Shown here one piece after another: positions 8,791-16,648 of a stretch of DNA of 17,130 nucleotides; position 1 is the stretch's first letter, and each line of letters begins with the position of its first letter. Source of the stretch: Amoebophrya sp. A120 (Eukaryota > Protista > Dinoflagellata). The notes beneath the pieces were generated by a model. The model saw only the letters and a list, made by a program, of their open reading frames with translations. It did no database searches and had not been told where the DNA came from. The translations under genes and the position numbers were made by a program. The DNA lies in the NCBI GenBank assembly GCA_905178155.1, contig CAJINV010000025.1, positions 360,934-378,063 of the forward strand. The letters are read 5' to 3'.

Positions 8791-10444
8791 TTTTTCCAGA
8801 CATCTCATGCTAGGCATCACAGATGATAGCTAGGACTAGGTCGCGCAGCACCAGCGCGAACCTCGTGAGCGCCAGAATGGGTTACTAACCACCTCTGTGG
8901 CCCCATTTTTGTTCTCCCGTGGCCAGCCCTTGCCTACAAAAATGGACGACACCGGGGGAGCACAGGAGACGCGCAGCCAATGCCCACGCCGATGTCGGTG
9001 CGCAATCAATCTGGAGAGGGAGGCGAAGATGGCGCGCGCATGCTAGAGAAGCACGCACTATCAAAGGAGCAACTAAATCACTTCACATCTGAATCATAGG
9101 GCCAAAAAAAAAAATTTTTGAGTATTAATATAGCTTAGCATGAAGAAATGACTTCAGTTGTATGCACATGATGACGATGCGAATATGCCACCAGAATGGC
9201 AGTTTTGAAGGCTCAAATGAAGAGCTTTGATTTTGAACTAGATAGTTGATAGCTGCAGGACGATCTAGATAAGTAGCTAGCTGAAGATCATGGTTTATTT
9301 GATGAAAAAACAAAGAATATTAGAAGGATTTCGCCTTGTGGCTTCCGGCCGGCAGCCTCTCGCCAAGCTGGAGCGAGGAGCTGCTACGCCTCCAATGTGG
9401 AGAGCTGCTGGGAGACATAAACCGCCAATGAGCCGAAGAGCTGGCACTCCGTGACGAAGCAGCCCAACGGATTCGGAGCTGGTACTCCGTGACGAAGCAG
9501 GCCAACGGATTCGCCCGAATCCGTTGGGCTGCTTCGTCACGGAGTTCCAGCCCTCCGGCAGAAGAAGCACACATTCTTCCCCGCAGAGCTCCACGTTGGC
9601 GACGTCCCAGCTCCTCCAGCCTGGCGGGAGGCTGCCTGCCGGAAGCCACCAGGCGAAATCCCTTTACTTTTCTTTGTTTTTTCATTAAATAAACCATGAT
9701 CTTCAGCTACTTATTTAACTAGATCTTCCTGCAGCTATCAACTACCTAGTTTAATTAAGAAGCTCAACAGCAGAGCCTTCTTCTGCCGTACCTGGTTTGC
9801 ATTCTGCATCATATCAACGCAATCATTCATAAGTGAAAGCCACATGATTTGTTACTTGAAATACATTAAAAAAATTTTTTTTTTGGCCCTATGATTCAGA
9901 TGTGAAGTGATTCATTTGCTCCTTTGATAGCACGCGCGGCTTGTTTACTCATCTTGACGCGAATATATATAATTTAGCGAGCTCGTGGCCCCTCTCTCCG
10001 GCGACGCAGTGGCCCGCCACTGCCCGCTAGCGACCTCTGTTGGGGAGGGTTCGGGACTTGTTGCAGCCTCTGTTGCGCCCGGCGCTGCGACCTCTCGGCG
10101 CAGTGCTGGAGCACGGTTCGACCCACGTCTGTGGGCGGACAAGTGCGACGCCCGCAGCCACCTCTGTGGCGCGGACGTCGCGGCGCGGTCCCTGCTGCAC
10201 GCCTCGCTACTGTATCTAGTAGCACAAAAGACGCTGCGAAGCAGCGCAGATACACTTTATACAGAGCCGGAGTTGTTCCACCACTGTGAAGGGTGTCGTG
10301 GCCTTTTGTTGAGAACATACGGACTAGAGCAGCGGCCCCATGCGGCCGCAGAACTGCGGGGATTTGGGAAGTAGTTTGTGTTCGCCTCACGATGATCACC
10401 AAGATGCTACCCAAGTCACATCATGGATCAGGTACCAACAGGGC
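8750..10444 (+). repeat. Segmental duplicate 1 (paralogous to 13487-16384), interrupted by the palindromic element
   Basis: 8831-9058 matches 13552-13830 and 9950-10444 matches 15829-16384 (e.g. ttgcagcctctgttgc.cccggcgctgcgacctctc). Confidence 0.85.
9059..9929. mobile_element. 871-bp foldback (fully palindromic) element with TAT...ATA ends and probable 8-bp target duplication
   Basis: tatcaaaggagcaa..aatcacttcacatctgaatcatagggccaaaa matches the reverse complement at the right end, and the arms pair inward to an axis at 9514-9515. Flanks gcacgcac/gcacgcgc. Confidence 0.92.
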
Positions 10445-10479
10445 GGAAGCCGAAGCGGTGAAGAGAAACACGCATTACG

Positions 10480-10741
10480 TATCAAATGTAAAAATGTCTG
10501 GGTCTGGAAGATTCTAAACCTGTAATGCTGTCTCTGGATTCTAAAAAATTTGTATTGCATGACCAGCAAAAGGACTCCAGTTTGTGCTACGTGAAGAGGG
10601 CATTTCTCATGCGGTAGAGGCACCACAAAGTCCTCTGAAAATCTGTGATGCTAGGGCATGCATCACAGACATCATCGGCCATTCAAAATATGCATGACAA
10701 ACCTGGCAATCTTCCAGACCCAGACACTTTTGCAATGGATA
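10480..10741. mobile_element. Family A element (262 bp), left unit of a composite; opposite orientation to 3406-3672
   Basis: tatcaaatgtaaaaatgtctgggtctggaaga...tcttccagacccagacacttttgcaatggata; own flanks ttacg/ggtgg do not match. Confidence 0.92.
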
Positions 10742-10800
10742 GGTGGGCGCGACCTGCCACCCGGTGGGGCGGGAGGAATTCGACGTGCCTCCACCAGCAC

Positions 10801-11062
10801 TATCAAGTGTAAAAGTGTCTGGGTCTGGAAGATTGCAACTTGTCATGCTAAATCTGAAGCATGCAAAAATTTGTTTTGCATGAGTGCCAAAAGCTGTCCG
10901 CTTTTGACCAAGTTGAGAGGGAGTTTCTCATGCAGGAAAGGCATGATAGAGCCCTCAAAGAATCTGTCATGCTGGGTCTCGCATTCCAGACCTCATGAGT
11001 CATGGAAAACCTGCATCACAAATCTTGTATTTTTCCAGACCCAGACATTTTTACATTTGATA
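10801..11062. mobile_element. Family A (subtype A2) element (262 bp), right unit of a composite
   Basis: tatcaagtgtaaaagtgtctgggtctggaaga...ttccagacccagacatttttacatttgata; own flanks agcac/ttacg. Close inverted homologue of 16385-16646. Confidence 0.92.
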
Positions 11063-11096
11063 TTACGAATACCAAAACGAAAACCGAACTTCAAGA

Positions 11097-11403
11097 TATC
11101 AAAGTGAAAAAAGCCCCCACCCCATATTCAAAAGACGATTTGTGTTGGTGGATTCGTGTACTACGCAAATGAGCTTTGTAATTGCAGCAAGAGCTTGTCT
11201 GCATATAATTCTATAGCCCATTTGGGTGCTGCGCGCCCGGCTAGCAGCTGAGCATGTGAAACAAGGCTGACATATTAGGCGAAAACGCATGACAGACTCG
11301 CTGAACAATGCGCCACAAGGGTTCCGCTTGCCTTGTACGCAAGACAAAGCATCGCAAATTTTCCTCTCGATGTGGGGACGGGGGTGGATTTTTCCTTACG
11401 ATA
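11097..11403. mobile_element. B-related TAT...ATA element (307 bp)
   Basis: tatcaaagtgaaaaaagcccccacccca / ggggacgggggtggatttttccttacgata. The left end resembles 5795-5825; flanks caaga/cgcga (3/5). Confidence 0.72.
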
Positions 11404-11430
11404 CGCGACTCGCTTTCTCCGCGGCCTGCA

Positions 11431-11581
11431 TATGAACTGCAAAAGTATCGTATAAATGCATGACAAATTCCCTCAGCATGAGATTGAGCAATTAAAATTT
11501 GTAAGTATATGCGTATGTGACTTAACAAAAAGATTTGTAATGCATGACTGCAATACGAGTACGATACTTTTGCACAGGATT
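11431..11581. mobile_element. Family D element (~150 bp), right end eroded
   Basis: tatgaactgcaaaagtatcgta...tacgagtacgatacttttgcacaggat; same orientation as 2602-2757. Confidence 0.82.
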
Positions 11582-11634
11582 GCTTTCTATAGTTAGAACT
11601 CCGCGCCAGCTCCTTCACGACGATCGAACTGTCC

Positions 11635-12000
11635 TATCCTGTGCAAAAGTATCGGATTCGTATTGCAGTCATGCATTACAACAAATCTTTTTGTTAAGGT
11701 AAATCAGCATTGCAAATCAGTCAGGGTAGAGGAGCAATCCTCGGGCACATAGATAACAAAACGCTGCACATCTGAAAGAGTTTTTTTGAAAGAAGAAAAG
11801 AACAGACGTGCACCATCAGAAGTGTAGTGCTGGCGGTAGCACTTGTGCTGCACCATCAGAAGTGCGTAACTCGCATGCCGGGCGTGCCATGTCAGGATGT
11901 CAGGATAACGCAGAAGCTCAGTCAGTCAGTCAGCATTGCAAATTTTATCTCTCATGCTGAGAAATGCACTTATACGAGTACGATACTTGTGTAGTTCATA
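11635..12000. mobile_element. Family D element, inverted, containing a nested insertion
   Basis: tatcctgtgcaaaagtatcg...cgatacttgtgtagttcata; perfect tgtcc/tgtcc. Confidence 0.88.
11718..11929 (+). mobile_element. Probable non-LTR retroelement fragment (SINE or 5'-truncated LINE)
   Basis: The insert is absent from the other D copies, is flanked by a 14-bp direct repeat tcagcattgcaaat (11704-11717, 11930-11943), and ends in (TCAG)n. Confidence 0.6.
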
Positions 12001-12022
12001 TGTCCGGCGGGAAAATATCGAT

Positions 12023-12676
12023 ATGAGAGTGCATAAAAACAACTCGATCTCCACGTACTACCCAGCTGCAGCCGCCCGGGACGAGAGTGCGGCTCTACTG
12101 CTGAGCGCGGAAGATAACGCAGTGGGACAGCACGTTGAACAGGAGACGGAAAATGTTGAAAAAACCCCCGCCCACGGGGGCTGTTGCCAAGACTGCTGCA
12201 CGAAAAAGTGCGTGCTCATCCTTCTCCTCATATTTCTCGTCCTCGCAGGCGGTGCTTGCGTTTTAATTTTCGTTCCCTGGTTCGACGTATCAAATGTAAA
12301 AATGTCTGGGTCTGGAAGGATGCGAACTTGTGATGCTGTCTTCGGATTCTAAAAAAATCTGTATTGCATGACAAGCAATTATAGGGCTCCAGTTTGTGCT
12401 TCGCGGGAGGGCATTTGTCATGCGGAATAGGCATGATCAGGAGGGCCTCTAAAGCTCTGTGATGCTAGGTCATGCATTCCAGACCTCATAGGTCATGGGA
12501 AACCTGCATCACAAGTCTTGCAACCTTCAAGACCCAGACATATTTGCAATCCATACGACGGTTGGAGTGAATCTTTGTACACGAGATGGAGAGGAGGTGC
12601 GACGTTCCTGTCGCCCACAAGGTACCTAATTCATTCTCATATTCTAAGCATAACGCACTCCAGATCGGTCACATAA
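12023..12676 (+). CDS. Putative single-pass membrane protein, split (12023-12287, 12561-12676); may be a fragment and may extend upstream
   Basis: MRVHKNN...GGCCQDCCTKKCVLILLLIFLVLAGGACVLIFVPWFD/GWSESLYTRWRGGATFLSP...VT-TAA has a Cys cluster followed by a hydrophobic helix. The last ~20 codons lie in a dispersed repeat. Confidence 0.55.
12288..12555. mobile_element. Family A element / putative introner (268 bp), opposite orientation to those in 2445-4871
   Basis: tatcaaatgtaaaaatgtctgggtctggaagg...ccttcaagacccagacatatttgcaatccata; perfect cgacg/cgacg. Confidence 0.93.
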
Positions 12677-12711
12677 TTCTAGGCATCAACTGCACAAATA
12701 GGACTAGGTCG

Positions 12712-12962
12712 TATGGATTGCAAAAATGTCTGGGTCTGGAAGAATGCAAGTTTGTCATGCTTGTCTGGCATGGCTCGAAAATCTGTGTTGCATAGGCGCG
12801 AAAAGGCTCTCTTGCCTGTCATGCAAAAACCCAGTTTGCCATGCGGAATACGTAAGACATGGCAGCCAAAAAATTTGTCATGCGTAGGTGCGTATTGCAG
12901 TGCGTCTACCATTCACTTTTAGCATTACAAGTTTCCAGACCCAAACGTTTTTACATTTGATA
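12712..12962. mobile_element. Family A element (251 bp)
   Basis: tatggattgcaaaaatgtctgggtctggaa...ttccagacccaaacgtttttacatttgata; perfect ggtcg/ggtcg; empty paralogous site at 8831-8870. Confidence 0.93.
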
Positions 12963-13023
12963 GGTCGCCAGACATCACCACCAGCGCGAAGAACCTCGTG
13001 AGCCCTGGGGGTATTGTGCGGGA

Positions 13024-13233
13024 TATCCCACGAAAAAACTGTTTTACTGTGATGATCTTGCAAGATCTGCATCGCAGGTTTGTATACACATGACACAGAA
13101 AATTTGCATTGTGCGCTTCCCAAGGGAAAACACGCTAAAAAATCCAATGTCTTGCAGGCGTAGCAAGACAAATCGTTCCGTGCTCCATTCTCTGCATCAC
13201 AAGTTCACAGTGAAACAGTTTTTTCTTGCGATA
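13024..13233. mobile_element. Family F element (210 bp)
   Basis: tatcccacgaaaaaactgttttactgtga / tcacagtgaaacagttttttcttgcgata; perfect cggga/cggga. Confidence 0.9.
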
Positions 13234-13281
13234 CGGGAGCAAAACAAAGTGAAGTGGAAATATCAAAGCGACGCAAGCTGT

Positions 13282-13487
13282 TATCCCACGAAAAAAGTGT
13301 TACAGTTACACATTTGTTGTCAATTCCGCAACACAAATTTTCTCTGCATGAGACTTGTAATGCGAAGATCATAAGGGAAAACAGGAAGGAAAGGAGGCTC
13401 CGAAGCATTTCCTGCATGAGAAAGGTTGTCTCTGTTGCCAGTCTTGCATGACAATGTGTAACTGTTGTAACACTTTTTTCTTCTATA
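13282..13487. mobile_element. F-related element (206 bp)
   Basis: tatcccacgaaaaaagtgttacagttaca / tgtaactgttgtaacacttttttcttctata; flanks gctgt/attca do not match. Confidence 0.8.
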
Positions 13488-16384
13488 ATTCATTCTCATA
13501 TTCTAAGCATAACGCACTCCAGATCGATCACATTCTAGGCATGATCACAAATAGGACTACTAGGTCCTCGCGCAGCACCTCCAGCGCGAACCTCGTGAGC
13601 AGGGCCGGAATTTTTATGGGCCAACCACCTCTGTGGAAGGAAGGACCCCACTTTTGTTCTCCCGTGGCGGCGGTGGCCAGAATTAGAATTTATGCCTACA
13701 AAAATGAAAATAAATGGAGGACAGCGGGGGAGCGCAGCAGACACACAGCCAATGCCTACGCCGATGGCGGTGCGCGAACTGGTAGGAGGGAGGCGAAGAT
13801 GACGCTCGCATGCTCTCGTAAGAGAAGCGTTCGCGGCTTGATGTTGGTCACCCTTTTTTATGTTCACACACGACTCGCAAGGCACATCCTGACGTCTATG
13901 GCTCATTTGGAGTCGCGTTTCAAACTTTCACACGCAGAGCGCGGCGATTCGCAAGTTTAGCCGAACCGGCGTAGCGATTTTGTGTCTGGTTTTCTGACAT
14001 TGTGTGCCCATCACAGAATTCGTGTGATAGGCACGCAACACTTTGAGGGGGCCAGAAATAAAACTGCCGCGCCACTTCGGCTGTACTTGCGACCTTTGGT
14101 GCCTTGCGCGTGACAGTTCGATCCGCGTGTCCAAGCGAGGTGACTGTCGACGTAACACGCAAAGCCTGGGAACGAATTTCTGTGAGTCACCTGAATAAAA
14201 TTGGTGCTCAGATCGGTTTTGCTGGTCAGGGCACAAATCTTACGCAGGCAGCCTACAGAAATTAGGTCTCAGGACCCCACATCCGAGAACTTGTCGGATG
14301 GGACTTCACATCCGAGGAACTCCCGGACGTGAACTCACATCCAAGAATTCCTCGTGTGTCAGCTCACATCCGAGAACTTCTCGGCTGTGCGCAGACATCC
14401 CAGGAGTTAGTATTTGATGTGGCGAAAATCCTTGCGAACAAATTGCTGGAAGTCACCTGCGTAAGATTTGTGGTCCGATCGGCAATACCTATTGGAGCAC
14501 AACCCCTACGCAGGTGAGTTACGGATATTAGCTCTCAGGATTTCCGCCGCATCACGAAATTCTTGACGCAGCGAAGATCCTGGGAAATAATTTCTGTAAG
14601 CCACCTGCGTAAGATTTGTCTTCTCACTGGTAATACCGATCTGGGCACAAATCTTATGCAGGTGACTTACAGAAATTACTTCCCAGGATTGGATCATCAG
14701 TGTGTCCAAGTGTGGCGACTGGAGACGCAGTACGCAAATCCCAGAAGTGCATTTCTTTGGGGCACGAAAGCCGAAGTTGTAGGAGCGCGAGTTCTGCTCT
14801 GCTCTTAGGTAAAGAAAACTCGCGCAGCGCTTTTTCCTCCTGGCCTTCTAGAAGTGTGCTTCTGAACACATCTGCAGAGCGATCTGCTTTTTCTTCTAGG
14901 GAGAAGACGCAGCCTCTGCTAGAAGAAGAAGCAGCTTCTTCTAGAAGCTGCGTTTTCTAGAAGAAAAAAAGTCTGCGTCTTCTACAGGAAGACCAGCCTT
15001 CTAGAAGAAGACAAAACTTCGCGCCTTCTTCTAGAAAAAGACGCAGCTTCTTCTAGAACAAGAAGCTGCGTTTTCTTTTAGGAACTCAGTTTCTAGAAGA
15101 AAACTTCCGGAAAAAGTGTTCGGACAGGGGGTTTGCAAAGGGGTCTTCAAAGGGGTGGTCGCGCAAAGTGCCTTAGTCACGACCTAACAAAGGGTCAACG
15201 AAAGGGGTCAACGAAAGGCTCTCTCGGAAGGGGGTTTCCGCGAGACCTTTTCTGAAAGAAGTCAAGAAGACTTCTTTTAGAGTCTGAAAGAAATCCAGCG
15301 GATTTCTTTTAGACTCTCAAAGGATTTCTTCTAGAGTCTCAAGGTGCCTCAGAGGCACCTTGAGATTCTAGAAGAAATCCTGGGAACTCATTTCTGTAAG
15401 TCCGTTGCGTAGGATTTGCACTCAGGTCGGGATTACCGGTCGAAACGCAGATCCTACGCAACCTACTTACAGAAATGAGTTCCCAGGATCCCACATCCGA
15501 GAATTCCTCGGATGTCAGCTCACATCCGAAGGGTTCGCGGAAGTGAGCTGCAGGAGAACTTTCGCGCGCAAAGTGCCGAACTTTGGCGCCCTGCTTGTGA
15601 AAGTTCGATCCGCGTGTCCAAATGCGGCGATGTAGAAAAAACACGGGAATTCTGGGAGCTAATTCCTGGAAGTCGCGTGCGTAGGGTGTGTAGTCAGACC
15701 GGGACTACCGGTCGAAACGCAGAGCCCGCACACCTGCTTCAAAATTTTTGAAAGCCGAAGCTTTTCGGAACTGCTCTGAGAACTAATTTCTGAAAGCTCT
15801 GATATGTTCACACACGACTCGCAAGGCACATCCTGACGTGTATGGCGCGAATATGTAGAATCCAGGGGCTCGCAGCCCCTTCTTCCGGCGACGTAGTGGC
15901 CGAGCGAGCTTTGCGAGGGCGCACGCCCCTCGTAGCGAAGCGAGCCGTCACTACTTACCCGCTAGCGACCTCTGCTGTTCTTGCAGCCTCTGTTGCACCC
16001 GGCGCTGCGACCTCTCGTCGCAGTGCTGGAGCATGCCTCGACCCAAGTGGTCTATGGGCGGACAAGAGCTGCGACGCGCGCAGCGGACGTCGCGGCGCGG
16101 TCCCTGCTGCGCGCCTCGCTGCTATGTATCTAGTAGTGCAAAAGACGCTGCGAAGGAGCGCAGATTATACACCTTTACTTCATACAGAGCCCCCGGAGTT
16201 CCACCACTCTGAAGGGTGTAACCTTTTGAGAACATACGAACTAAACAAGCTGCCAGCCCGTCAAGGGGCGCCAGCGCTCTGCTGGGGATAGATTTGGGGA
16301 GAATTTTGTGCTCGCGCCACGATCATATAGGTAGCAAACCCTCGTACCCAAATTACATCATGGATCTTCAGGTACCAACAGGGC
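13487..16384 (+). repeat. Segmental duplicate 2 (13487-13902 and 15803-16384), interrupted by a 1.9-kb insert
   Basis: 13487-13600 also matches 12628-12711+12968-13003; otherwise see 8750-10444. Confidence 0.82.
13903..15802. repeat. 1.9-kb non-coding insert of repeated hairpin units, ~30-bp tcacatcc repeats and a TTCTAGAA-rich tract, bounded by a 44-bp direct repeat
   Basis: tatgttcacacacgactcgcaaggcacatcctgacgt(c/g)tatggc at 13859-13902 and 15803-15846. Hairpins at 14165-14273, 14430-14539, 14577-14689, 15377-15489 and 15651-15745. Confidence 0.82.
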
Positions 16385-16646
16385 TATCAAATGTAAAAAT
16401 GTCTGGGTCTGGAAGAATGCAAGATTTGCAATGGAGGTTTTCCATGACCCATGAGGTCTAGAATGCGAGACCCAGCACGACAGATTCTTTGCGGTCTCTA
16501 TCATGCCTCTCCTGCATGAGAAACTTCCTCTCAACTTGGTCAAAAGCGGACAGCTTTTGGCACTCACGCAACACAGATTTTTGCATCATTTAGATTTAGC
16601 GTGACAAGTTCTAATCTTCCAGACCCAGACAATTTTACATTTGATA
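16385..16646. mobile_element. Family A2 element (262 bp), inverted relative to 10801-11062
   Basis: tatcaaatgtaaaaatgtctgggtctggaaga...tcttccagacccagacaattttacatttgata; flanks agggc/gagac do not match. Confidence 0.92.
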
Positions 16647-16648
16647 GA

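Noticed and set aside
7642-8826. Transposase inside the 909-bp element
   Set aside because: Only short overlapping ORFs without DDE or DNA-binding motifs.
9295-9697. Similar ORFs on opposite strands (...LPEATRRNP...LCFFIK)
   Set aside because: A direct consequence of the 871-bp palindrome.
10480-13487. CRISPR-like or integron-like array of repeats and short spacers
   Set aside because: The repeats are inverted pairs bounding 150-370 bp elements, spacing is irregular, and no cas or integrase gene is present.
9985-16291. Paralogous ORFs 9985-10374 and 15842-16291
   Set aside because: They lie in a GC-rich duplicated segment with indels, have non-ATG starts, and are open on both strands; no evidence of coding constraint is visible by eye.
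2807-16646. Tc1/mariner (Stowaway-like) MITEs with TA target duplication
   Set aside because: A variable 5-bp direct repeat lies outside the TA at most elements, and frames are restored only when both TAs plus one 5-mer are removed.
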